Source of the DNA: Epiperipatus broadwayi
Lineage: Eukaryota; Animalia; Onychophora
Reading direction: 5' to 3'
DNA: 64,000 nt
NCBI GenBank assembly: GCA_028023455.1
Contig: JAQFVV010000001.1
Location: forward strand, 31,434,001 to 31,498,000
Positions 52,297 through 64,000 of this stretch are shown piece after piece. A model generated the notes under the pieces. That model saw only the letters and a program-made list of their open reading frames with translations, ran no database searches and was not told the DNA's origin. The number at the start of each line of letters is the position of its first letter. Within the stretch, counting starts at the first letter, position 1. Position numbers and translations under genes: made by a program.

Positions 52297-52917
52297 TGGA
52301 ATTATAGTTAGAGATAGTGAATACTGCTCTGACGTTTATGTAAACAAAACATACGCTTGATCGGTGTTTTTTGTAGAACGCCATCTGTGGACATATATAT
52401 ATAAAGACCCAAGCAAAGAAAAAATAAAAATTGAAATTTTTAAAATGTGAAAGAAGAGGATCACTACATAATCAATAAGAATTTTGTTTAATAAGTTTAA
52501 CGTGAAAGGCTGAAACCTTTAACAGATGTGCCTTAAAAATGCTTATGTGACAGCCAGTCAAATAAGAGATCATTTTTATGCATCATCACATTTGTTAATA
52601 CAGTGAGTTTTTAAAAATCTCAGAGATTTCTCTGATATTTCTTTGGTAATGAATGGATAGGATTCTGGTATTTGAAAATTTTATATTACATATATTATGT
52701 ACATTATTTAGTATAGAGTGTTATATGTCAGATATGAATCTCACGATTTAATAATTATATAAGTTGTCTACTGAGTATTGCTTTTAGTAAATATCGAATT
52801 AGTATTGAAATATAATAAACATTTTATCAGATTTATGATAATTTCGCAACAGTTGGTGATAGTAGTCATTGGCTTTAATAATGATGTGTAAAAAAAATTT
52901 TTTTTTTAAGTGTCATA

Positions 52918-53000
52918 GCATTGGCCGGGACGCGAACCTGCAACCTGGGCAACTGCCTGCAAGTGCAAGATAGTCGCGCTGACCTCTCGACCACCAATGC
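52918..53000 (-). ncRNA. tRNA-Gly-like element (SINE head or tRNA pseudogene)
   Basis: Perfect 7-bp acceptor stem GCATTGG/CCAATGC, A-box TGGTCGAGAGG, B-box GGTTCGCGTCC. Both ends match the typical metazoan tRNA-Gly as recalled; no canonical anticodon arm; T-run ~20 nt downstream. Confidence 0.7.
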
Positions 53001-55002
53001 AAGACTAAAATTGATAGAATTTGTAGAAGATTTGAGATAAAAATAAATGCAAATAAAAGTCAAATAAAACAATAAAAATAACTGGTGAGATGAAAGTGTT
53101 AACAACAAGTATTGGATAGAAAGTCATGGATATAACTTATAATTATTTGAGAATAACTGATGATAAAGAAAAAAAATTCATTGCTTAATAAGAGTGAAAG
53201 AAGTTTTATGATCTTTGAAATTAGATTGTAGAATGATGCTTGTTAAATGTTTGTTTATATTAGAGTATTTTATAAAAGCAGATGCGGAAAAAATGGCGGG
53301 GGGGGGTGTCAACGCTTCTGAAATGTGGATTTGAAAAGAAAAGAAAGTGATATACTATAATAATAAAATCAATAATATAAAAGTGATGAAAAGAGTAAGT
53401 GATAAAAGATTAATTTATTTAAAATATTATTGAGAAGAGTATAATCAACTTGTGTGTTTATTTTGATGATAAGAAATATTGATATATTATTTAAAAAAAT
53501 GAAGACTAAAAAAAAGAGAGGTATCTGAAGAAAAGGATTAAGAACAATAGCTGGGATTAATTAAAAGTTAGAACAAAGACTAGAAAGAGTTAGAATATGT
53601 GGTTCGTTTAAATATATTTATCTAACTTTTGATAGTTAACTAATGATTATGGCAATGATCTTGAAACATTTACTCCATGTATTTGCAATCAAATCATACT
53701 ATCAGCAATTCATATGCAATGTTAATTTTATCCCTGTGGAATCAATAGTTGGTCATGTTTTTTAAATAAATAGTAAATCCTGAAGATAAACTATAGTTTA
53801 CTTTTCATTTCTATCTAAATTTCTATATCAGTGGTAACTCTTTCAATTTCAGAAAAGCAAATTAGGAAATATCAGTTAGATAAATCTATTGATTTATTTT
53901 GAAAATATATTCTATATGCAAATCTTTTAATTTATTCCTTTTAATCTACATATTTTCTGTTCAAAATATACACCAAAAACCCAATTCATTTTTAAATGCA
54001 GTTGAATTAAGATCATACTTTGTTTTTTCCACATATCTTCTACATAATAATCTTTTTTCCATTTAAATCATTTCAGATTATTTTTCTACTTTATCAATCA
54101 TTTTGTTATTAACTTTCAAACTTGTTTAACTTCTTCATAATCCATACTTTGTTCAAACGTTTCATAACATTCACATTAAATAATTTTAATATTCTATTAA
54201 AAATTACAACTTTTATATTTATTTATTTTTATCTTTTGATTTAATATGCTTGAACTTTTTTTCCTAACAACTTTTTAAAATTATAAATAGTCTATTTCTT
54301 ATTCAGCAGTTATTTCTAAAACCATCAAACTATGATTGTAATTTATATATGCTTTAGGATATTTACATGCATGGTTTATTATTATTCATGATCAGTTAAA
54401 TGTATAAACTATATAAAATATGCTTTCAGTTATCTGAATTTTTCCATGTGTAAATTGTTATTTAATAATTTTAAAACAAATATTTACTATTATTATATTA
54501 TTATTTTTTTTTATAAAAAATATCAATATTTATTCTGTTTTGTTTTTCATTTCTATCTGATAATTTATTATAGTTTTTTTATTTATTTACCTAGTTTACT
54601 ATCATCATTGAACATTTAATGTTACATATGGTTTTTTTATTTTCTTATTATAATATCTATCTTATAATTTTTATTGGTTAAAATTGTAAGCCTTTTTTTT
54701 TGAGAATTACTTTCATTCAAATCATTTTTGCATATATATATAATAATGAATCAAAACAAAACCTTCTATTCATTGAATTCTTATTATGACAAAAATAAAA
54801 TTTCTTTAATCAATTTTTTCTCACAGTCTCTCTATTTCATTACATATGTTTTCATTCTTTTTTTAATTTTAATAAAATTTTTATTCATCAGTCCTGATTC
54901 ATTTATAGTCATAATATTACATTTTTAATAAATGTAATGACTTCATAAAAAAGTTTATTTAATGTGGTAAAAAAAAAACCCAAGGCACCATCTATTAGAA
55001 GA

Positions 55003-55222
55003 GTTTTATTATGATGATGATGATTGTTATTATTATCATCATCATTATCATTGTTATTATTATGATGATGATTATTATTAGTGTTATTATTATCATCATC
55101 ATTATCATTATGATGATGATGATGATTATTATTGTTGTTGTTATTGTTATTATTTTTGTTGTTGCTATTGTTATTATTACTATTACTACTACTATTATTA
55201 TTATTATTACTATTATTATCTT
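55003..55222. repeat. Compound trinucleotide microsatellite (ATT/ATG/ATC/GTT)
   Basis: Visible directly; accounts for the poly-Ile/Met ORFs. Confidence 0.95.
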
Positions 55223-55227
55223 CAGCA

Positions 55228-56110
55228 TTATAGTAGCATATTTTTCCACCTTTTTTTTGCTACTTACTATAATCTTTAGAAAGTGATGGTAATTTCTAAG
55301 TGTCAGTGATTAATAAACCCTATCCAGTACTTTTCTTTCCAAAATTCCCAGACTAGTTTCAAGATTATGATTTCCATCAGTGAGGATCTTTGGAACTGGA
55401 AAGAAAGTGCACAAGGTCCAGTTGCACAGTTTCATGATTTAAAGCTCCATACTGATGAAAGTCTTAAATTTGAAAATAGTCTGGGGATTTTGAATAGAAA
55501 AGCACATGATAGGGATTTGTTAGTCACTATTATCTGACAACTATCACTGTTTTCTAAAGCTTATAGTAAATGGCAAAAAACAAGGGGGGGGGAGAAGTAT
55601 ACTACTAAAACAGTATCAGTTTGTAAGCTGAAAATATGTAATAGATCATGTTATGTTTTATTGATTAATATCAAATCCTGTCCATAGAAAAAGTGACTTT
55701 AATTATTAAAAAAATTAAGGATATCATAATATATAGACACTGAACTGGATTAAGATCTATATGACCTTACAATCAAGTTGGCTTAGATAAAAATATATAT
55801 TTTAGTTTGAGTGAGAGCTTGGAGGTATAACATAAATGTAAATAGGAGCTGAGAGGAAGGTAGCTAGATCCTAAGGTCCAGTTGCTCTGTTCCAAAGTCC
55901 TAAGCTCTTCACTGATGAAAGCCATAAACTTGAAACTACTCTTGATATTTTAAATAAGAAAGTACATGATAGAGTTTTATTAAGCTTTGCCATCTGACAA
56001 CTATCATTGATTCTAAAGCTTATAGTAAGTGGGAAATTGTGGAAAATTGCTACTAAAACAGTAATATATAAACTGAAGACATGTGATAAGTTATGTAATG
56101 TTTTATTGGT
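55228..56110. mobile_element. Older retrozyme-like array (460-bp period), head-to-head inverted
   Basis: Minus-strand HHR at 55345-55386; plus-strand cores CTGATGA at 55452 and 55912. Left arm ~55228-55400 is the reverse complement of ~55420-55610. Confidence 0.8.
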
Positions 56111-57664
56111 TTAACTTCAATTTTATTTACAATACCTATTTCTAGTTTTTACTTTCCTTCTGATTATTGTATAAATCTAATTTATTTTTTATGTATTTAC
56201 AATTGAACTTATTTAACACTATATGTGCATACACACACATACACTCACTCATATATATATATCATTTAAGTAAAAATTTTCTGTACATAGTTATATGAAT
56301 CATTATATTTGTATTATTAAGCGTATTTTTAAAAAATTAGTAATAATATATCTTTAACATTCAGTAGTATTAGTAATTATAATTTATTCAAGAATCAAAA
56401 AATCACCATGCTTTTACAAATATATATATATATATAATGTGGTGAATTATTTATATATTGTAAATAGTGAAATAATGTTATCATATATTGGCAGTATTTT
56501 CTGAGTTCAGACAGAAGTGATACTAAGAATGATATTGTGGTAAAATTAATAGTAATATTGTTATTCTGGTTAATAAACATGAATGGATTGGGTATGGATG
56601 AAATGTTTTTAATGACTATAAACAAAAAAGAAAAAAAAGAATATGAGGTTATTTATTTATGTCAAAAAAAAACTCTTGAAAAAATGACAGTTTTTGATCA
56701 TATGGTCATCAGGGATCGTTATCAACTTAATGAAGCTTAACAACTATTTTATTTTTTTTAATTATTTTGCTTATTTTTATTTCTGTGTATAAATTGATTA
56801 TTTATCAACAAATAAATATAAAACAACTATAAAAATGCTACTAATATATATTTAAAGTAAAATCAGTGACACGGTGATAAAAAAGTTAAAAACAATCAAA
56901 CTACATGCATATTTATTTACAAGTATTTACAAATTTCATTGACATTATTAACAAATATAATTCTGGCAGAAACTTATAAGTAAAATAAGAATACAATGAA
57001 TTTCAGTTTCACCTGTCAGAATAATTGATTTCATTTTTACAAAAATAAAACAAATTGTCATTCAAAATGTCAGAAATTTAAATTGTTATTTAACTAATAA
57101 AAACATTAATTAGCGCTGATGGTATTCAATTTTATAAGATGGAATGTATCAAATTAACATTTTAAAATTAGAATTGGAATAATGCGATTTCTAAGTAAGT
57201 AAATAATATGAAATTCAAGAAAATATAAAAGAAGTATAAAGTATTTTTAAATTTATTATTATTGAAGATTGGAATTTGATGCTAATATGTTATAATTATA
57301 CTTGCCACTAATATATATGGTGTTACTGAAAGTATATTTGCTCTAGTGTTACCAATTTTACAGGTAGCTTTTATTTTATAATTATTTTTATATTTAAATA
57401 TAATCTTGTTCTCTTATAGTTTTTTAATTTAATTATAAAACTTTTTTTTTTAGTTTCCTTCATTTCAACCAAAAGATCAATGCCATTACCGCTTAAAAGC
57501 TTGTATTTTTATTTCATAGTTGTTGTGAGAATAACTAATAAAAAGAGCATTACAAAAATCTTTAAAAAAATTATATAAAATAATAGAAATACCTTAGAAT
57601 AAACTATTGCAAGTAATAATAATAAAAATAGCTATAATATTTTAAAATAAATTATTAAAATTAA

Positions 57665-57890
57665 TAATAATAGACACTGTTGACATTTTTTGGAATGGAT
57701 TATTAAAAGTCATATTTTAAAATAAGTGTAAATAATGTATTAGGTTAAAACAATATAGATAGTTGATGCTATCAAAGATAATAATAGACAATGTTGAAAT
57801 TTTTACAATGGATTATTAAGCCATATTTTAAAATAGATATAATTAATGTATTAGATTAAAACAGTATAGCTAATTGATGTTATCAAATAA
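57665..57890. repeat. Old tandem duplication, ~115 bp x 2
   Basis: taataatagaca..atggattattaa..catattttaaaata..aatgtattag.ttaaaaca occurs twice. Confidence 0.8.
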
Positions 57891-60800
57891 TAAAAATTAG
57901 AATATTTAAAGAAATGTGTATACTACTAATTCATGTTTTAATGAGTTGTTTGCTACAAAAAAATATCACTATTGGGTAAGAAAATAGATTGAAAAATAAG
58001 GTAATTAAAAGATTAAGTCTGGTTTTATTTTATAATTGCATTTTGAGTTTGGAGATAAGAGATTTGAAAACAATAAGGTAAAAATTTAATCAATTAAATA
58101 ATTATAATGTTTTGAAAATTAAATGTAATTAAAATAAACTGAGGTCATCGTATAGGTTAATTCTTCATTGTATCATTATGATTATAATTGGCTAAATTCC
58201 TGAAGTGTAACCTGAATCCATGCTGATGACACTAATCAAGCTATTTTATAGGAATATTTGCTCTACAGGAAGGGGGGAAAAAGAACCTAAATATCAAAGT
58301 AATCCAAAGATGTGCTTTAGATAGAAATATATATTGGAGGAGTGAAATCCCCATCTGTCTATAAAACCGATAAAAGACAGTATATTCATTTGGAAAAGAA
58401 AAAAAACATAATAATAAATAAATCAATTAATGCATGTCATTGATGGAAAATACTTGCCCACCTAGAAATGAGAACTTCAGATAATACTAAAAATAAGATT
58501 ACCCATTACTTTTCAATTTTATTTAATGAAGATGATTGAACTAATGTTATTTAGTTATACTTCGCAGTCAACTTATCATATGGAAACTAAGTTCAAGATT
58601 TGACTCTCTCAAGGCATATTTATAAGTGCTGATATTGATCATCAGCCTTAAGTGCCAATTCTTATATAATGAGTAAAGAATTATGCAATGAGAGAGAACA
58701 AATAAAGCAAATACAAATTAACTACCAATACATCAATTCCTTATACTATCTCAGCATTATAGAAGTAAAATAATAAATATTAGGATGAGTAGTAGTTGAA
58801 CTTTATATGAAAAAGACATGGCACATTATTTATTTGATTTATATTCACTTATTATTTTTAATACAAAATTTAATAAAATGATTCACCATTAACTAGGTAA
58901 TTTTAAAAACAAATCAGTTTATTTTAGACAAAATAAATAATAATATATCACAAAATTGAACCATTTCCTCATAATATAGTATAAAAAATTTTCCACATGA
59001 AATGAATAATAATAATCCAGTGATACAAAATGAGAAAATCTATCTATCTAATTATCCTGTAGGATTTTATTACTTGACTATGGATTAAGTCTAATCCTTA
59101 TACATTTGATTAATGATATATCTTTTTTCTTTATTCATTTGGCTTTTACATTTAAATGTTGACATCTGTAGTTCAGAATATACATGGATATGCCTTTTCA
59201 CAATTCATTAATAAAAAAAGGGAAAAGAAAAAATGTCAAAAATTCATAATTTGTCACACATTTAATACTCTAAAAAATATACAAAAAATACACTTGAAAT
59301 AAAATAATAAAGATAAACAAACAAGTGAATTACATATCATAATTCCTGGGAATATAACTACAAAATAAGTAAACTTACAGATAGGCATGTAAATTTAAAG
59401 GCTATATGGTCCTCCATTGTGTTTTTATCGAATTTTCAAACACAGAGAGCTCCTAGATAAATGACTCATTTCTTTTATGGAAAACTCAGTTTGACAAGTG
59501 ATTATCCTGCATCAGACAGATAGCAATAGAAGCAATATGATAAGTCTTATATACTCTATTGATCTCTTCTCCATAATTTTTATTATTTTGCACTTAAAAT
59601 TATATAGTTTATTCAAGATAGATACTTTGTAGTGCAAACAATACTTCTTACAATTATTTCTATTTACTAATAATCCATTCCAATTAACTCTTCTAGACTT
59701 AAGGTTTTATTTTTACTATTTTATTTTTACTATCAGTTTTACAAATAACATGAAGATCATTTTAGACAACCTCCAGACTATGCAAACAAGATATAAGATC
59801 TCTTCAAATACAAACTTTTCTTTTTATAAGTTATCTTTTATAAAAAAAAAATGCAGACTCATTAAGCAGGTTACCAGTATTCCATCTTATGTTGACTTCA
59901 ATCTTGGACTAAAAAAAAAAAATAACACAAAAAATTCTATTTTATTCAGACTATCTTTAAATAGCTTATAATTAAAATTTTTCTAATAAGTCAACAGCTG
60001 GATATAATTAAAACAAAGGCAAATCTTGTACCTGAAATCAGTACAATATTTATTTTATTTTGATTAGATAAGTAATAAAAACTATATATAATTAATCCAT
60101 TCTTGGATACTAATATGCTTTTTTTTTCTTTTTTTTTTTTTGAAAAAAAAAAACAAAACATTTTATTATGTATTAACATTCTATTTACCACTTAACCAAA
60201 AAAAAATCTATAATTACCAGCAGTAATTAATAAATTGCTAAAGTAATTATATATAGTATGTGACATAATGACTTTTCTAAAAATAAATTTTAAAAAAATT
60301 GTATCATCTTTTTTCCATTAAAAATAAAATTAAAAATTTCAGAAATTAATTTAAATGACCATTTTGTTTTACATTAGCACACAAAAATATAATTTATATG
60401 ATGCATATATGCCTATTTTGATCCACAGAAACATTTATACTTATTTTAAACATAATGAAGATGTTTTAATTTTAGTCCCTATTACAATATTCCCCATTGG
60501 ATAATCATTAAAATAGGGATATACAGTTTACAACTCATTTCTCTTACACTTTCTTACATTTTTCATTTTAATTCATTCAATATTTACTACCAATTAATCC
60601 CTTCAACATGAAAATACAATCAATCCAAATGGCATACAAAAATTTTCTTAAATAAGAATTACAATTCAGTAACATAAGAACATCAACATTAATACAAAAA
60701 AAAAGATTTTCTGTCCAAACTACTTCTAATTGATTAAGCATATATGCCTCCACATCTTCTCCTAATGCATACCATCACTCTTGAACCATCTAAACAACTT

Positions 60801-61499
60801 ATAGGGAGTAAAGCATCATGAAAGTATATGATAGAGTATGCAATCATATACATCCTTAAAGCCATATTTATTTAATCATTTTAAGTTTTATTTTAACTAT
60901 AAATAATTTCATTTTATTAGGTATAAACTATTTATTTATATGGAAAACTTTAATTGATTAAAAGAAAAAAGAAGAGAAGATGAAGCAAATGTTTTTGTTA
61001 AATGGAGACTCACCATTTGATTTTTAATATATATACTATTATCTTTTTTATTGGCATTTAAAACATTTAGAATACAAAATTTGCTTCAATCTTCTTTTTT
61101 ACCCACATATAGGATAAGTTAAAATTTTAATCCATTTTGAAAACAATATATATAAATATTTTATTATTATGTTGAAATTGTCAGAAAATATGTAAAGTTA
61201 GATAAAATTATTATTAGTAAGCTATAATAATTTTAAATATATATAGAATGTGAATGTTTGGAAAAATATTTAATGTGCACTGTCCAAGTATTAGAGGTAA
61301 TAAGTGCTAGTATAATCATCAGAGGTTTATATTAAATTAAAGATTATTTTAATTTATTTTCAAACTCATCTTACACATAAATTAACCCTTCTATTAATTA
61401 CTGTGAATTAGATATTACTTGCATTAGAACTTACAATATAAATGCGACAGACATAATATGCTTTTATACACATTAATAGAAAAGTTTATTACTTCTCTA

Positions 61500-62740
61500 A
61501 AAATTATATGGATGGGCACTTTTGAGGACTTATAATGTTCTCATATTCATGGCAAGATAATATTGAAGATAATGGAGATATTAGTGTATATGATTAGTGT
61601 ATATGTATATACAGTTGATGAAATTCAAATTTATTTAAATTAGTATTAATTATTTAGATTAGAGCATCAATTTCTTGGAGAGGAGGATGGATGAATCCTT
61701 GCTATTGACAACATTATTGTTGTTGTATATATAGCAAACATCTCTGATTTTTTTCTTTAAACCATTTCTTTCTATGTATTGAACAGTTTCAGAAGAAGGA
61801 ATAAATTGGTGTCCTGTCACTTTTTGATGTTTCATGAATAATGCTGTGTTCTGGTTTGTCTGAGACTCTTCTATATAGATACTGATGCTGTGTACCATTT
61901 GTAGCTAAGGATGCTCAAATTTTACTATAATAGATTTATTAACAATCAGTTTGGGGGCATTTCATTTTATAAACAGTGCTAGGGATGAGTTCAGGCTTGA
62001 GCCTATCCTTAAAGTTGTTGAATAATCTATTTGTAGATGGTGGGAGATATGGAAAGCAAGGAAATAGGTGGGAGAGACTGTTTTATTAAAATTTTTTGTT
62101 AATGCAGGAATGTATGGCAAAAGAAGCCATAGTTTCTCATCAGTGTGGAGGTTAAATTTAATATATAGCAATTTTTTTTTCTTTTTCTTTTTAGAAGATG
62201 AATATTAAATCTTTCTGGTATAATTCTATGTTTGCCTTGTGTGATGATTCATGTTTACATAGAACATGGTTACAGAATAGGAAAATGGATAGAGCTGCCA
62301 GTTTGTGAAATTTTGGAACAGTTGAGTTAGATTGCATGAACCAAGCTGGCCTTATAAATAATTCTATAAAGATATTTAATTGCTTAGTTAAACCTGTCTG
62401 GCATAAATCTCTCTGAGCCTCAAATTCTAACTGGAGTGAACACATTGGCATCAGCAAACAATTCCTGCTAAATAACTCCTTAATTTGCTTGAAGTAAGAT
62501 GTAAGGTAATGGATTTGTCCTCATAATGAAGGTTGAATTTAATGACAAGATACAGCTGCAAATAACTTAAAAATTTGTCATATGCAAACACTGTAATAAA
62601 GCATTCATCAATGGCAATTGTTATAAAATTTATCAATCTACTGTCATCCTTCTTCAAATGTTTTCCAATGCTAAACTGATTAAGCTGAACACACCTCTTA
62701 AACTCATATTGCAATTTGGGGGTACTCATTTATTTTAATA
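61500..62740 (-). mobile_element. Penelope-like element, 5'-truncated, with decayed variant HHR at 61510-61556
   Basis: ORF pieces with FMKHQKVTGHQF and KKIRDVCYI (GIY-YIG region/C-terminus). Reverse complement of 61955-62100 aligns with 63600-63735. Confidence 0.8.
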
Positions 62741-62769
62741 TAGCTAAATTAATCAACTAATCACCTAGG

Positions 62770-64000
62770 ATTTGAAGCATATACCAACAAATTCTCACTT
62801 GATTTTGTATCTTGTATTAAACATATTAAATTTAATTCAACATATAAAATAGCTTCACTGGACATTACAGAACTGTATAGATTTATCAATATGAAACTAT
62901 CAATATACATAATTAAAGATGAACTAATTAAAAACTATTTTTAAGCATGCACACATTTTATCATAGCATTTCTATTTTGGCTAGATGATAATGTCATAGC
63001 CCCATATAATAATCCACCTTATAATATGACCAATGGATGGCTCATGATTCTTACCCTCAATGGCATTATTTTCAGCCTATCTAAACCACTTTAAAAATAT
63101 AATCATTCCACCATATCTGCCACACCATCTATATCACATATACACACACCATGTTGATGACTTTTTCATTGCCACACCAGAACTTTTAATTCAGAATATT
63201 AAAGCAAATCTACAAAAACACTCAGCTTTGCTGCATAGTATAGATTGGGAAGACTCGTACCAATATCTAACATACTTAGATTTAATAATACAAAGAAACA
63301 TGTCTCATCTTGATTACTCCATGCATGTTAAACTGCTTAAAATTCATGAGTTCATGCACTCTAATTCAACTGTTTTTCAATCTCACAAAATGAAAGGTCT
63401 ATCCTTCTATTCCATAACCACACTGTATAAAAACATGAATCATCTTGCAAGACAAATATAGAGTTATACATCAAAGATTTAATATCCATTGAATTTAACT
63501 GGTCTTCTAAAAATAAAAATAAAACAATTTTACAATTTAAATTCTAACTTCTGTACTGTTAGAGACCATGGCTTCTCTTGCTTTTCCCCATTAACAAAAA
63601 CTTTTAATAAAACATCTCCAACTTATCACCTTGCTTTCTATTCATTTTTCCCATCTACCAATAGATTATTCAACAATTCCAAGGATAAGCTTAAATCTGA
63701 ACTGACCCCTAGCACTGTTTATAAAATTAAATGCCTGCAAATCTATTATGATGAAACCCAAACACTCTTATCTACACACCTTACACAAAATAAGTATTTA
63801 TACAAAAGAACCTCAGTCAAACCAGAACACAGCATTATATTCCTGGAACACCAAAAGACATCAGGACACTAATTTATTTCTTCTTCTGCAACTACTCAAT
63901 ACACAGAGAGAAGTGACAGGAAAAGGAAAATCAGAGAAAAATGCTACATATACAACAACGAAAATACTATGATCACAAAGATTCGTCCTTCCTCCTCTCT
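62770..64000 (+). mobile_element. Penelope-like element (RT + GIY-YIG endonuclease remnant), runs off the window
   Basis: SLDITELY (~62856), YTHHVDDFF, LTYLDLII, HEFMHSNS, TVYKIKC..IYYDET and FLEHQKTSGH. Confidence 0.85.

Larger units (their letters stand above)
49175..52395. mobile_element. Young retrozyme-like array: 405-bp monomers with type I HHR, fold-back arrangement
   Basis: Forward units start at 49177, 49582, 49987, 50392, 50797 and 51202 (truncated at 51383). Inverted units start at 51384, 51789 and 52194 (ends 52395). Near-identical copies, (TA)n on both flanks. Confidence 0.95.

Noticed and set aside
49175-52395. Pure assembly artefact (fold-back chimeric read), or a 5S/rDNA or coding repeat
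   Set aside because: The arms differ at multiple sites, the junction is asymmetric, and three older arrays share the architecture. There is no rRNA similarity or ORF. Read-level confirmation is still advisable.
54995-55286. Poly-Ile/Met ORFs on both strands
   Set aside because: Translation of a trinucleotide microsatellite.
58256-58370. Sushi-domain-like peptide RCALDRNIYWRSEIPICL
   Set aside because: Short, ends in a stop without a donor site, and has no supporting exons; chance resemblance is likely.
62133-62143. Minus-strand CTGATGAGAAA as a hammerhead
   Set aside because: No helix II between the core elements, and it lies within PLE coding sequence.

Overview
AT-rich, strongly CpG-depleted eukaryotic DNA, probably from an invertebrate animal (inferred from composition and TE types only). 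I could not recognise any host protein-coding gene; the window is mostly decayed mobile DNA. It holds one near-complete but dead Ty3/gypsy LTR retrotransposon with ~2.2-kb LTRs (4.9-14.0 kb, minus strand), a second gypsy remnant, several LINE relics (mostly RTE-like), a possible hAT relic, three Penelope-like element (PLE) fragments and a tRNA-Gly-like element. The main result is a set of hammerhead ribozyme (HHR) motifs. Four separate repeat structures (25.2-27.0, 39.3-39.7, 49.2-52.4 and 55.2-56.1 kb) are built from related modules, ~400-460 bp where tandem copies allow measurement. Each module carries a minimal type I HHR with a palindromic helix III, as in metazoan retrozymes. All four are head-to-head fold-backs (left arm sense on minus, right arm sense on plus), the same polarity as the PLE pair at 61.5-64 kb. 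The 405-bp array is very young and mostly intact. Two PLE 3' ends share a variant core AUGAAUA, which would replace the C3-G8 tertiary pair with A3-U8. All alignments and folds were done by eye, and ribozyme activity is a prediction.
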